Below are positions 9,156 to 20,290 of a stretch of DNA of 64,000 nucleotides, piece after piece. A program made the position numbers and the translations under genes. The notes under the pieces are model-generated. The model did no database searches, was not told the origin of the DNA, and saw only the letters and a program-made list of their open reading frames with translations. The DNA is from an uncultured Thermoleophilia bacterium (GTDB taxonomy: Bacteria > Actinomycetota > Thermoleophilia > Gaiellales > Gaiellaceae), in NCBI GenBank assembly GCA_963727515.1, contig CAVSGN010000008.1, forward strand, positions 20,146 through 84,145, written 5' to 3'. The first letter of the stretch is position 1. Each line of letters begins with the position of its first letter.

Positions 9156-9770
9156 ATGTCCGATCTGACACTCGTAGAGGAGCTCTCGCTCGATGCCGGC
9201 CGCGCTGCCCTGATCATCCAGGACATGCAGAACGACGTGATCATCGAGGGCGGTGCCTTCGCCGACTCGGGCTCGCCGGGCCACGCGGCGGAGCAGAACG
9301 TCGTCGCCAACGTCGCCGACCTGGCCGCCGCGTGCCGCGCGAAGGGCATCCCGGTGATCCACGTGCAGTACATCGTCGAGCCGGGCGCGCCGGGCCTGAA
9401 GCTCAACGCCCCGCTCTTCAACGGCGTCAAGGACGCCGCCGCGCTCGTTCGGGGCACATGGGGCGCGGCCGCCGCTGACGGCCTCGAGCCGCAGGACGGG
9501 GACTTCGTCGTCGAGAAGATGCGGATGAGCGGCTGGCAGGGCACGAAGCTCCAGAACCTGCTCGACGGCCTCGGTCGCGACACGGTCATCGTCACGGGCG
9601 CCTGGACGAACATGTCGATCGAGCACACCTCCCGGACGGGAGCCGACAATGGCTTCTCGATGGTCGTGCCCGAGGACGGCTGCTCGACGATGAATGCCGA
9701 CTGGCACCGCGCGTCGATCAACTACGCGCTCCAGAACGTCTCCCAGGTGACGAGTGCTGCGCGGCCGTGA
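9156..9770 (+). CDS. Isochorismatase/cysteine hydrolase family protein
   Basis: ALIIQDMQND, VVEKMRMS, VIVTGAWTNMSIEHT (Ser in place of the usual catalytic Cys position). True 3' end may be the TAG at about 9789-9791 if small indels are corrected. Confidence 0.85.
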   Translation: MSDLTLVEELSLDAGRAALIIQDMQNDVIIEGGAFADSGSPGHAAEQNVVANVADLAAACRAKGIPVIHVQYIVEPGAPGLKLNAPLFNGVKDAAALVRGTWGAAAADGLEPQDGDFVVEKMRMSGWQGTKLQNLLDGLGRDTVIVTGAWTNMSIEHTSRTGADNGFSMVVPEDGCSTMNADWHRASINYALQNVSQVTSAARP

Positions 9771-9791
9771 AAGCCGCGATCGGTCGCGTAG

Positions 9792-10886
9792 ATGAAGACC
9801 CGGGCCGGGCTCTTCCGGGCGGTCGGCGAGCCTCTCGAGTCGTCGAGCTCGATCTGGCGGAGCCCGGCCCGAACGATGTCGTCGTCACGGATCGCAGCGG
9901 CCGGCATCTGTGGCACCGATCTGCACCAGGTCAAGGGCGAGTGGCAGCGGCCGACGCCGATGGTGCTCGGCCACGAGGGAGCGGGTGTCGTCGAGCACGT
10001 GGGCGACGCCGTCGACTCCGTCCGCGTCGGTGACGAGGTCGTTCTCTCGTGGGCGCCGTCGTGCGGGCACTGCGCCGACTGCGCGCGCGGCCGGCCCGCT
10101 GCGTGCGTGCCTCTTCACCGGGCGATCGGCAACGGCACGCTCGTCGACGGGACGACGGGGATGGAGCTCGACGGAGCGACCGTCTACCGTGGCACGGCGA
10201 CCGGAGCCTGGGCCGAGCGGGTCGTTGTCACGTCGAAGGTGGCGCTGCCGATCGGATCGTCGATCCCGCTTCGCGACGCTGCGCTGCTCGGGTGCGCCGC
10301 ACTCACCGGCGTGGGCGCGGTCCTGTTCGCCGCCCGCGCACAGCCGGGGGCGGTCGTCGTCGTGATCGGCGGGGGAGGGGTGGGACAGTTCGTCGTCCAG
10401 GGGGCACGGATCGCGGGGGCGGAGGTGATCGTCGTCGTCGACCCGGTCGAGGCCCGCCGAGAGCAGGTGCTTCGGTTCGGCGCGACGCATGCCGTCCATC
10501 CGGACGACCTGAAGGAGGCGATGAAAGCGGTCGCCCCCGACGGCGCCGACTACGGCTTCGACGCCGTCGGCTTCCCCGAGACGAGCGCGACGGCGCTCCG
10601 CTTCACGCGCAGCGGTGGAACGACGGTGATGGTCGGCCTCCCACCGACGGGACTGCGGCTCGACCTCGACCCGGGCGAGTTCCTCCGTCGCGAGAAGTTC
10701 CTCACGGGCACGATGTACGGCTCGGAGGACCCTGCGGTGGCGCTCCCGATTCTCCTCGACCATGTCGCGGCCGGCAGGCTCGAGCTGGAGCCGCTGCTCG
10801 GGGAGGTCTTCCCGCTCGACAGGATCGACGACGCGGTGCAGGCGAGCCTGGAGTTGCCTGCGGGCCGTATCCTGGTCGAGCCCTAG
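9792..10886 (+). CDS. Zn-dependent alcohol dehydrogenase (compensating frameshifts about 9838-9888)
   Basis: GICGTDLH, VLGHEGAGVV, CGHCADC structural Zn motif, ALLGCAALTGVG, VIGGGGVG. Confidence 0.9.
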   Translation: MKTRAGLFRAVGEPLESSSSIWRSPARTMSSSRIAAAGICGTDLHQVKGEWQRPTPMVLGHEGAGVVEHVGDAVDSVRVGDEVVLSWAPSCGHCADCARGRPAACVPLHRAIGNGTLVDGTTGMELDGATVYRGTATGAWAERVVVTSKVALPIGSSIPLRDAALLGCAALTGVGAVLFAARAQPGAVVVVIGGGGVGQFVVQGARIAGAEVIVVVDPVEARREQVLRFGATHAVHPDDLKEAMKAVAPDGADYGFDAVGFPETSATALRFTRSGGTTVMVGLPPTGLRLDLDPGEFLRREKFLTGTMYGSEDPAVALPILLDHVAAGRLELEPLLGEVFPLDRIDDAVQASLELPAGRILVEP

Positions 10887-10891
10887 CCGGG

Positions 10892-11387
10892 TCAGCCCGG
10901 AGGAGAGACCGAGGTCTCTCCCCACCCGGCCGAGAGGGCGGCGACAGCCTCCTCCTGGAGCCAGCTCAGGTAGCCGTAGAGGGCAAGCGCGGGAGCCTCG
11001 GGATCGTCGGGGTCGACGTGCGCCTCGTACGTCGCCTCGCTGACGTCCAGCTGGGTGCCGAGGTAGAGGCGAAGGCTCTCGAGGGCTCCGAGCCACCCCT
11101 CGAGCTGCTCGCCGGTGAGTCGTTCCGCGCCTGCGGTCTCCTCGACGACCCGCAACGCCTCGAGCTTTCCCTCCAGAAGCTCCTCCCGCATCAGCCGCCG
11201 GAACTCGTCCTCTGCTCTCGCCGTCGTCTGGATAGGCGGGGGGAAAGAGGCGCCGGAGCCCCGGGTCGTCCGCCTGCATGACATCGCGCATCTGCGAGGG
11301 CAGAGAGCGGAGCAGCTCGCGCTCCTCGGGCGGGAGCCGCAGCGTGTAGCCGCCCGTGCGATCGCGCGTTATCCGGCGGCCGACCAT
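10892..11387 (-). CDS. DUF2017 family protein (frameshift about 11225)
   Basis: LRRLFPPAYPDD then EFRRLMREEL...WLGALESLRLYLGTQL...YGYLSWLQE; coupled to clpS (TGATG), the usual actinobacterial arrangement. Confidence 0.82.
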
Positions 11388-11683
11388 CAGTCCTGTCGGA
11401 GCGTCGCCCACAGGCCGTGCGCGTGCAGCCGTGCGACGTCGAACTCCGCCTTCTCCTTCTCGCCCGACGAGACGACTGCCTTGCCGTCGTTGTGGACCTG
11501 GAGCATCATCCGCGTCGCCTCCGCCTCCGAGTAACCGAACAGCTTCCGGAGCACGAAGGTGACGTAGCTCATCAGGTTGATCGGATCGTTCCACACGATC
11601 ACGACCCAGGGCCGATCGTGGTCGAACTCGTCGCCGGGGTCGGGCCGGCCGATTTCGATCGGCGCCTCGATCGTCTGGCTCAC
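11387..11683 (-). CDS. clpS: ATP-dependent Clp protease adaptor ClpS
   Basis: [21 protein letters not shown]...[12 protein letters not shown]...[10 protein letters not shown]. Confidence 0.95.
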   Translation of the reverse strand: MSQTIEAPIEIGRPDPGDEFDHDRPWVVIVWNDPINLMSYVTFVLRKLFGYSEAEATRMMLQVHNDGKAVVSSGEKEKAEFDVARLHAHGLWATLRQD

Positions 11684-11687
11684 CGCA

Positions 11688-14186
11688 TCAGTCCTGGTCT
11701 CTCAGGGCGTCCTCGCTGCTGTCGCCCAGGCCATAAGCGCGCAGTCGGGCGATCAGTTCGGCGCTGGTGGGCTCGTCGTCCTCGTCGCTCACGTCGTCCG
11801 GGTCCGGAACCGCCGGAACCGGACCAGGGGGAGTGGCAGCAGGCTTGCCTCGTTCGTCCTTCTCGCGCCGCGCCGCGTCCGCGGCCGCAGCCTGTGCGGC
11901 GCGTCGGGCTTCGGCTTCGTCTCGACGAGCTTGTTCGGCTGCGGCGCTCGCTTCCTCGCGGCGACGCTTCTCGTCGAGCTCGCGCTGCTCCGCTTCCTCT
12001 CGGGCGCGGGCCTCGGCTGCGCGTCGCGCTTCGGCTTCGTCTCGACGGGCCTGGTCTGCCGCGGCTCTCTCTTCCTCGCGGCGGCGCTTCTCGTCGAGCT
12101 TGCGCTGCTTGGCGTCCTCCTTGGCCTGCGCCTTCGCAGCGCGCGCTGCTTCGGATTCGTCTCGGCGGGCCTTCTCTGCTGCCGCCTTCTCTTCCTCGCG
12201 GCGGCGCTTCTCGTCGGCCTTGCGCTGCTGCTCCTCCGCTTTGGCCGCGGCCCTCGCAGCGCGCCTGTCTTCGACATCGTGGGTCGCGGGCTGCTCGGCC
12301 TGGACTCTCTCTGCCACCCGTTGGCGTGCTTCGTCTGCTTGGCGTGCTTCGTCTGCTTGGCGTCGCTGCTCCTGCTCGTGCGCTCGTGCTTCTGCGACAC
12401 GGTTCGCCTCTTCTCGGTCGCGGCGAGCCTGCTCGGCGGCCTGCTGCTCGTCGAGCGCACGAGCCGCTCGTTCTTGCTCGGCCACGAGCGCGGTGGCCGC
12501 CGCCTCGGCGGCTACGCGACGCGTATCCTCCTGCGCTGCGACGCTGGCGGCAGACCGGTCTGGCTCGGGCCCGGGCGCGACCGCGGGGGGCGAGTAAGGC
12601 GCCGCTCCGAGCTCCATCTCTCGAAGAACGACCCGGCGGATCTTCCCGCTCGAGGTTTTCGGCAGCTCCGTCACGAACTCGATCTCGCGTGGGTACTTGT
12701 AGGGGGCCGTCACCGTCTTCACGTGGCTCTGGAGCTCGGCGACGAGCTCTCTCGACGGCTCGTAGCCGTCGCGCAGGACGATGAACGCCTTCACGATCGC
12801 TCCACGATCGACGTCCGGCTTCCCGACGACGGCGCTCTCGAGAACTGCGGGGTGCTCGAGCAGTGCGCTCTCGACCTCGAACGGACCGATCCGGTAGGCG
12901 GAGCTGAGAATGACGTCGTCTGCACGAGCCGTGAACCACAGGTAGCCGTCCTCGTCGCGCGTCCCGCGATCGCCCGTCAGGTACCACTCGCCCCGGAACA
13001 CCGCCGCCGTCTCTTCTGGCGCATCCCAGTAGTCGGAGGAACAGCGACGGCGGCCGACCGCGGAGTGCGATGTCTCCCTCGACGCCCGAGGGCTGCTCCC
13101 TGCCGGAATCGTCGATCACCGAGACATCGTGCCCCGGTGTCGGCCGTCCCATCGACCCCGGCTTCACCTCGGTGTCCGGCATGTTGGCGACGAGCAGCGT
13201 GTTCTCGGTCTGTCCGTAGCCGTCGTAGATCGTCGAGCCCGAACGCGACCCGGAACGCCTCGATCACCTCCGGGTTGAGCGGCTCCCCCGCCGACACCGC
13301 GTGGCGGACGCCGCCGAGGTAGAAGCGCTCGAGCTCGGGCAGCTTGGCCATCATGCGATACTCGGTCGGAGCCTGGCAGAGCACCGTTCACGCCGAGACG
13401 CTCGATCAGGTCGAAGCGCTCCTCCGCGTCGAAGCCACCCTCGTGGATCGCGATCTCCGCGCCGCACGACCAGGGGCCGAGGAGGACATTCCAGATCGAC
13501 TTCGCCCAGCCCGTGCCGGCGGTGCACCAGACGAGGTCGTCGGGCCGGGCCGTCAGCCACTGCGCCGCCTGGAGGCGCTTCGTCCACGTGTACCCGTGGC
13601 TATGGACGACGCCCTTGGGATCCTTCGTCGTCCCGGAGGTGTAGAGGATGAAGGCCGCGTCTTCTGCGGCCGTGTCGTGCGTCGGCTCGTTGGTCGCGCG
13701 CGTCCTCAGCTCGTCCTTCAACTCCTCGACGACCGCCACCCCGACCGGCGCCTCGATCCTCTCCAGCACCGGTGCCCGCTCGCGGTCCGCGACAACGAGC
13801 TTCGCGCCCGAGTGTGAGACACGGAAGTGAATGTCCCCGGCGCGCAGCATCTCGGAGCAGGGAACCGCGACGAGCCCCGCTTTCAGCGCGCCGAGCATGA
13901 CGGAGTGCCAGACGGGGGTCTTGCCGACGAAGACGAGCACCCGATCGCCCGGCAGGAGACCCTGCGATCGGAAATACGAGGCCCACCGGCTTGCGTCGTT
14001 CGCGACCTCCTTGAACGTCCGGCGATCGATGATGCCCTCGTGGTCGACGAAGGTCAACGCGGGCTTGTGGGCGTCGAGCGCCGCAGCCTCGACGACATCG
14101 CGCGTGAAGTTGAACCGCGTGGGAACGGGGAAGTGCGGGTCGGGCTCCGGTGCCTCTACACGCTTGCGGCGTCTGAACCTTGCCAT
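11688..14186 (-). CDS. Acyl-CoA synthetase (ACSM/acetate-CoA ligase-like) with long C-terminal charged repeat tail; about 3 frameshifts (about 13390, 13230, 13040)
   Basis: [77 protein letters not shown], followed in frame by about 290 aa rich in Ala/Glu/Arg/Lys. Confidence 0.85.
11881..12270 (-). repeat. Degenerate 120-nt (40-aa) tandem repeat, about 3.2 copies, in the synthetase tail
   Basis: CTTCCTCGCGGCGRCGCTTCTCGTCG recurs at 11951, 12071 and 12191 (exact 120-nt period); protein DEKRRREE x3. Confidence 0.9.
12321..12362 (-). repeat. Perfect 18-nt tandem repeat (RQADEA x2.3)
   Basis: TTGGCGTGCTTCGTCTGC repeated at 12321 and 12339, partial third copy. Confidence 0.9.
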
Positions 14187-14518
14187 CGCTCCCGGTAGTC
14201 CTCTCTCACTGGACAAAAGATGTCGATGACGGTTGCTCCGTCGGGGCCGCAGTAGGCCGAGTGCTCAACGTCTCCCGGTAGGACGTACCCTTCCATGGGG
14301 CCGAGTTCGCGCGCCACCCCGTCGACGACGAGCGCTTGCATGCCTCGTAACACGATCCCGAGCTGCTCGTGGGGATGGCTGTGGGCTGGGACGGTTGCTC
14401 CCGGCCCGAACTCGATCAGGTTGATCATCGCGCTCTCGCCGAAGAGGGGACGGCCCTCGACACCCTCCACGAGCGCGAAGGCTGCGAGATCGTCGAACCG
14501 GACGAACTGGGGTTCCAT
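14156..14518 (-). CDS. Cupin domain protein
   Basis: PAHSHPHEQLG and GDVEHSA metal-binding cupin motifs, DIFCPVREDY end motif. Confidence 0.88.
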   Translation of the reverse strand: MEPQFVRFDDLAAFALVEGVEGRPLFGESAMINLIEFGPGATVPAHSHPHEQLGIVLRGMQALVVDGVARELGPMEGYVLPGDVEHSAYCGPDGATVIDIFCPVREDYRERWQGSDAASV

Positions 14519-14585
14519 GTCATCAGTATCGTATCGTCTCCAGTTCCGGCGAAAGCGCAACTTCGACCTAGCTATCGTCCCTCGT

Positions 14586-16053
14586 ATGGCATCCCTCGCG
14601 ACAGACCTCCTCCGTGACCAGGCGTACGTCGACGGTGCGTGGGTGGGCGCCGACTCGGGTGCGACCTTCCCCGTCATCGACCCCGCGACCGGCGCCGTTG
14701 TCGCCGAGGTACCACGGATGGGTGCGGCCGAGACGCGTCGGGCGATCGAGGCCGCCCACCGAGCGCTTCCGGCCTGGAAGCATCGGACCGCGAAGGACAG
14801 GGCGCAGATCCTGCGTCGCCTCGCCGACCTGATGCTGGAGCGCAGCGACGATCTCGCGGCGCTCCTCGTCCGCGAGCAGGGCAAGCCGCTCTTCGAGGCA
14901 AAGGCCGAGATCGGCTACGCCGCCTCCTTCTACGAGTGGTTTGCCGAGGAGGCGAAGCGGCTCGACGGAAGCGTGATCCCGCAGCCGCTCCCCGACCGGC
15001 GCATCGTCGTCCTCCGCGAGGCGATCGGCGTCACCGCGGGCATCACTCCCTGGAACTTCCCGGCGGCGATGCCGACGCGAAAGTCGGCTCCGGCGCTCGC
15101 GGTCGGCTGCACGATGGTGCTGAAGCCCGCCGAGCAGACCCCGCTGACGGCGCTCGCGATCGCAGCGCTCGCCGAGGAGGCAGGCGTGCCGCCCGGCGTC
15201 TTCTCCGTCGTCACCGGTGACGCCGAGGATGCCCCGTCGATCGGCGGCGAGATGACGTCGAACCCGCTCGTGCGCAAGCTCGGCTTCACGGGCTCGACCG
15301 AGGTGGGCAAGCTGCTCATGGCGCAGTGCGCGGGCCAGGTCAAGAAGGTCTCGCTCGAGCTCGGCGGCAACGCGCCGTTCATCGTCTTCGACGACGCCGA
15401 TCTCGCGGATGCGGTGGCCGGCGCGATCCTGTGCAAGTTCAGGAACTCCGGCCAGACCTGTATCTCGGCGAACAGGTTTCTCGTCCAGGACGGCATCTAC
15501 GACGCGTTCGTCGCTGCGTTCACCGAGGCGGTCAGCGCGCTCAAGGTTGCCGACGGCTTCACGGAGGGAGCCCAGGTCGGGCCGCTGATCGACCAGCCTG
15601 CCATGGCGAAGGTCGAGCGGCACGTCGCCGACGCGCTCGCCCAGGGCGCCGAGCTTCTCGTCGGCGGAGGGCGAATCGACGGCCAGTTCTTCCAGCCCTC
15701 GGTGCTCACCGAAGTCACGATGGACATGGCGATGAGTTGCGAGGAGACGTTCGGCCCGGTGGCGGGGATCAACCGGTTCGCGACCGATGCCGAGGCGGTC
15801 GCGGTTGCGAACGACACGCCCTACGGCCTCTCGGCCTACTTCTACACGCAGGACCTCGGGACGCACCTGGCGGGTCGCAGAGGCGCTCGAGTACGGGATC
15901 GTCGGGATCAACACGGGCTTCATCTCCTCCGAGGTGGCGCCCTTCGGCGGGATGAAGGAATCGGGTATCGGACGCGAGGGGTCGAGCTACGGCGTCGACG
16001 ACTGGGTCGAGCTCAAGTACCTCGCGATGGGCGGCATCGGGGAGGCGATCTAG
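14586..16053 (+). CDS. gabD: NAD(P)-dependent succinate-semialdehyde dehydrogenase (frameshift about 15865)
   Basis: [63 protein letters not shown]. Confidence 0.9.
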
Positions 16054-16056
16054 AGC

Positions 16057-16374
16057 ATGGTGATCATCGAACAACGCGACTACCACGTCCACACCGGCAA
16101 GCTGCCGGAGCTCGTGCGACTCTACGGCGACGAGGGGATCGCGATCCAGCAGGAGGTGCTCGGGGGCTTCGTCGGTGCGTTCACGACCGACATCGGGGCG
16201 CTCTCGACGTACACGAGCATGTGGCGCTACGACAGCTTCGGGGAGCGCGAGGAGCGGCGTGCCGCGCTCCTCGCGCGCGACGACTGGAAGGCGTTCATGG
16301 GGAAGATCCAGCCGCTCATCCACACGCAGCAGAACCGGATCCTGACGCCGACCTCGTGGTCGGCGCTCCAGTAA
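16057..16374 (+). CDS. NIPSNAP family protein
   Basis: IIEQRDY, TTDIGAL..YTSMWRYDSFGEREERRAAL..DDW, NRILTP: NIPSNAP pattern. Confidence 0.88.
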   Translation: MVIIEQRDYHVHTGKLPELVRLYGDEGIAIQQEVLGGFVGAFTTDIGALSTYTSMWRYDSFGEREERRAALLARDDWKAFMGKIQPLIHTQQNRILTPTSWSALQ

Positions 16375-16386
16375 GGGGGCTTGAAG

Positions 16387-17135
16387 ATGGGTCAGCTCGA
16401 CGGGAAGGTCGCCCTCGTCACCGGGGGCTCGCAGGGCATCGGGCTCGCGATCGCGGAGGGGCTTGCGGCCGAGGGCGCGCGGATCGTGATCGCCGATCTC
16501 CGGGGTGCGGAGGCCGCTGCGGCTGCGTTTCCCGACGGCGTCGGGCTGACGGCCGACGTCGCCGACGAGTCCGCCGTCGAGGCGCTCGTCGCCGATGCCG
16601 TCGAGCGGTGCGGCTCGATCGACGTGCTCGTCAACAACGCCGGCCTCTACGCCTCGCTCGAGATGCGCGCTTTCACCGAGATCCCTCTTGCCGAGTGGCG
16701 TCAGGTGATGGACGTCAACGTCGCCTCGATGTTCCTCATGTGCCGGGCCGCGGTGCCCGTGATGCAGCGAGAACGGTGGCGGCCGCATCGTCAACATCTC
16801 GTCCGGAACGCCGTTTCGCGGGGTGCCGTTCCTCCTCCACTACGTCACGAGCAAGGGAGCAATCGTCGCGTTCACGCGGGCGCTCGCGAAGGAGGTCGGG
16901 AAGCACGATGTGCTCGTCAACTGCGTCGCGCCCGGCTTCACGATGTCGGCCGGCGTCGAGGCGCATCCCGAGGTCGTCGAGAAGCTCCGCGACGTCTCGG
17001 TCTCCGCGCGCACGATCCAGCGCGACCAGGTGCCGGAGGACGTCGTCGGCGCGGTCGTCTACTTCTCCGGGCCCGGGCTCGACGTTCGTCACCGGGCAGA
17101 CGATCGTCATCGACGGGGGACAGTACTTCCATTGA
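16387..17135 (+). CDS. SDR family oxidoreductase (frameshifts about 16775 and 17070)
   Basis: TGGSQGIG, VNNAG, YVTSKG catalytic motif, VNCVAPG, VTGQTIVIDGG. Confidence 0.88.
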
Positions 17136-17198
17136 TCGGCGTGGTGGCCGGCTTGAGCCGGTCGCCGGGGCTCCGCGGCCGGATAGAGTCGGGCATGA

Positions 17199-17751
17199 AT
17201 GAGACTCTCTCTCTACGAATTCGAGACCGGGGTGGAGACGGTCGGCGGCGACCGGGCCGTGTACGACATCGCGAACGACAGCGCGACCTTCGGCGCTGCG
17301 AACGTCGAGGGGCACGGCGCTCGTCTGGCAACTCGACGAGACGCCCGAGGAGGCGGAAGGGGCCCGTCTCTCTCGTCGAGTGCGAGCTCGGACCCGTACG
17401 AGGACTGGGTGCTGCGCTGCGACCGTGTCGACTTCCCGCCCGGAGGAGTGGCGTACACGCACACGCACCCCGGGCCCGGGATTCGCTACCTGCTCCACGG
17501 TGAGATCGACATCAGGACCGAGGGCAAGATGTTCTCGTACGGCAAGGGCGGCGCGTGGTTCGAGTCGGGGCCGGATCCGGTTCTCGCCACTGCGTCGGGC
17601 CACCAGCCGACGGCCTTCGTCCGGGTGCTGCATCCTCCCGGCCGAATGGTCCGGGAAGCGCACGATCCGCTACGTCGATCCGGCTGACGACGCTCGTCCG
17701 AAGCTCCAGACGGCATCGGTCTACTTCGAGCACCCGATCAACCTCCTGTGA
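17199..17751 (+). CDS. Cupin-like protein (frameshifts about 17320-17390 and 17630)
   Basis: RCDRVDFPPGGVAYTHTHPGPGIRYLLHG, AWFESGPDPV, ILPAEWSGKRTIRY across frames. Confidence 0.7.
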
Positions 17752-19418
17752 GAACGGGCGGCCAGCTCCTCGTCGACCAGCTCGTCGTTCACGGCGTCGA
17801 CTGGCGTTACGGGGTGCCCGGCGAGAGCTACCTCGCGGTGCTCGACGCGCTCCACGACGCCCCGATCGGGTTCGTCGCCTGCCGTCACGAGGTCGGCGCC
17901 GCCAACATGGCCGACGCATACGGAAAGCTGACCGGTCGCCCCGGCGATCTGCATGGTCACGCGCGGGCCGGGAGCGACGCACGCAGCGTGCGGGGTGCAC
18001 ACCGCCTATCAGGACTCGACGCCGATGATCCTCCTGATCGGTCAAGTGGGCCGGGGGATGATGGGGCGGGAGGCGTTCCAGGAGATCGACTACGGCCATA
18101 TGTTCGGGCCGATGGCCAAGTGGGTGGCGCAGATCGACAGCGCCGACCGCATTCCGGAGCTCGTCGCACGCGCGTTCCACGTCGCGACCGCCGGCCGGCC
18201 CGGCCCGGTGGTGCTCGCGCTGCCCGAGGACATGCTCGTCGAGCAGTCGGATGCGGCCGACGCCGAGCCCTACTCGATCACGCGCGTCCATCCCGCAGCG
18301 CGGGACGTCGAGCGGGCCGAGAACGTGCTCGAGCAGGCGGAGCGGCCCCTCGTGATCGTCGGCGGCGCGCCGTGGAGCGCCGAGGCTCATGCCGCACTGA
18401 CCGCCTGGTCGAACGCGGGTGCGCTCCCCGTGGCGGCCGGCTGGCGCTGCCAGGACTTCGTCGACAACACGTCGGAGACGTACGTCGGCCATCTCGGCCC
18501 TCGGGCCCGACCCTCGACTCGCGCAGCGCGCGCGGGACGCCGACGTCCTGCTCGTGATCGGCGACCGGCTGAGCGAGATCACGACCTCGGGCTACACCAT
18601 CCTCGAGGTTCCGAGCCCGGCACAGGCGCTCATCCACGTGAGCGCAGATCCGGACGAGCTCGGGCGCGTCTACCGCCGGCGCTCGCGATCGTCGCCTCAC
18701 CGGATGCGTTCGCGATCGCGCTCGCAGACAGCCGCCTCTCGATCCAACGGCGCGGCAGGCCGAGACGGCGAAGGCGAAAGCGCGAGTACCACGACAACCT
18801 CCGCCACCGGCCGGCTCCGGGGACGCTGGACATGGGCGAGGTGATGGCGATCTTCGTGCGAACGGCTTCCTGACGACGCCATCGCTCACGAACGGTGCCG
18901 GCAACTTCTCGGTCTGGGCGCACCGCTTCTACGAGTTCCGGCGCTATCGCACCCAGCTCGCGCCGACGAGCGGCGCGATGGGATACGGCGTCCCGGCAGC
19001 GGTCGCCGCGAAGCTCGCGTACCCGGGGAGAATCGTCGTCGCTATGGCGGGAGACGGCGACTTCCTGATGACCGGCCAGGAGCTCGCGACCGCGGTGCAG
19101 CAGGGTGCGGCGATCGTCGTCCTCGTCGTCAACAACGGCATGTACGGGACGATCCGGATGCACCAGGAGCGCCACTACCCGGGGCGCGTCTCCGGCACCG
19201 ACCTCGTCAATCCCGACTTCGCGGCGCTCGCGGGGGCGTTCGGCGCTCACGGGGCCGTCGTCGAGCGGACCGACGAGTTTGCCACTGCGTTCGACGAGGC
19301 GCTCTCGAGCGGGCTGCCCGCGGTGATCGAGCTGCGCGTCGACCCGGAGGCGCTGACGCCGCGGCAGACGTTGTCCGAGATCCGCGAGGCGGCGCAGGCC
19401 CGGCTCGGCGCGTCGTAG
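17748..19418 (+). CDS. Thiamine-diphosphate-binding enzyme, acetolactate synthase-like family (at least 4 frameshifts)
   Basis: GVPGESYLAVLDAL, CRHEVGAANMADAYGKLTGRPG, TRGPGATHA, AFQEID, PTSGAMGYGVPAAVAAK, GDGDFLMTGQELAT..VVNNGMYGTIRMHQ. Confidence 0.85.
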
Positions 19419-19458
19419 GATCACGGGGACGTTCACAACGAAGCCAGAGGAGAGTGAG

Positions 19459-19896
19459 ATGGCAAAGTCCTATGCAAGCACGGTGGTCGGGGCATCTCCC
19501 GACGAGGTCTGGGCGCATATCCGCGATTTCAACGGTCTCGCAACCTGGCACAGCGGGCTTGTCTCACAGAGCGAGATCGAGGACGGCAAGGCGGGCGATC
19601 AGGTCGGCGCGATCCGCAGCTTCACCCTCGCGGACGGCACCCACCTTCGCGAGAAGTTGATCGAGCACTCGGACGTCGAGCGCTCCTACACCTACGACTT
19701 CCAGAAGACGCCCTTCGACGTCGACAACTACTGCGCCACGCTCCGCGTGACGCCGGTTACGGACGGCGGCGGCAGCTTCGTCGAGTGGTGGACGACGTTC
19801 GACTGCGACCGTGACCAGCAGGGGCACTGGACGGACTTCTTCGCCTCGCAGGTCTTCCAGGGCGGCTTCGACGCGCTCAAGGCCCACTTTGGCTGA
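19459..19896 (+). CDS. SRPBCC/polyketide cyclase-like (MxaD-type) protein
   Basis: ASPDEVWAHIRDFNGLATWH, GAIRSFTLADG..LREKL, Y.ATLRVTP, FVEWWTTF; SD AGAGGAG. Confidence 0.88.
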   Translation: MAKSYASTVVGASPDEVWAHIRDFNGLATWHSGLVSQSEIEDGKAGDQVGAIRSFTLADGTHLREKLIEHSDVERSYTYDFQKTPFDVDNYCATLRVTPVTDGGGSFVEWWTTFDCDRDQQGHWTDFFASQVFQGGFDALKAHFG

Positions 19897-20290
19897 GATA
19901 TCGGGGCGTCGTGAGCTCCGCGTCGAGGGTCAGGCCGAGCCGATCTCGCATTTCACCGACGCGGTGGAGGCGGGCGGGCTCCTGTTCGTCTCCGGCATCG
20001 TTCCCGTCGACGAGCGTCGCGAGCTCGTCGGCGGAGATGACGTCGTCGCCCAGGCACGGTGCGTGTTCGAGAACATGCGCGCGGTGCTCGCGGCGGGTGG
20101 TTGCACGTTCGCCGACGTCGTGAAGGTGACGGTCTACCTGACGGACGTGAGCGACCGCCCCCTCGTCAACCCCGTCCGCCAGGAGGTCTTCGGCGAGACC
20201 CGCCCCGCCTCGACGCTCGTCGAGATCTCCGCGCTCGTGATCCCGGGAGCAAAGATCGAGGTCGAGTGTGTGGCCCTGATCCCTTCGTGA
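19889..20290 (+). CDS. RidA/YjgF/YER057c/UK114 family protein
   Basis: HFTDAVEAGGLLFVSG, QARCVFENM, DVVKVTVYLTD, PASTLVE, IEVECVA; TTG start inferred. Confidence 0.88.
   Translation: MAEISGRRELRVEGQAEPISHFTDAVEAGGLLFVSGIVPVDERRELVGGDDVVAQARCVFENMRAVLAAGGCTFADVVKVTVYLTDVSDRPLVNPVRQEVFGETRPASTLVEISALVIPGAKIEVECVALIPS

Noticed and set aside
11881-12362. Repeats as CRISPR array or mobile element
   Set aside because: In-frame, degenerate at third positions, no unique spacers, no cas genes: coding repeats.
14295-17135. 946-aa ORF suggesting a GabD-SDR fusion
   Set aside because: Produced by frameshifts: the GabD C-terminus, NIPSNAP and SDR lie in other frames with their own starts and stops.
8580-19000. 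Programmed frameshifting or phase variation
   Set aside because: No slippery heptamers or long homopolymers at the shift sites that I could see, and the shifts hit unrelated enzyme families.
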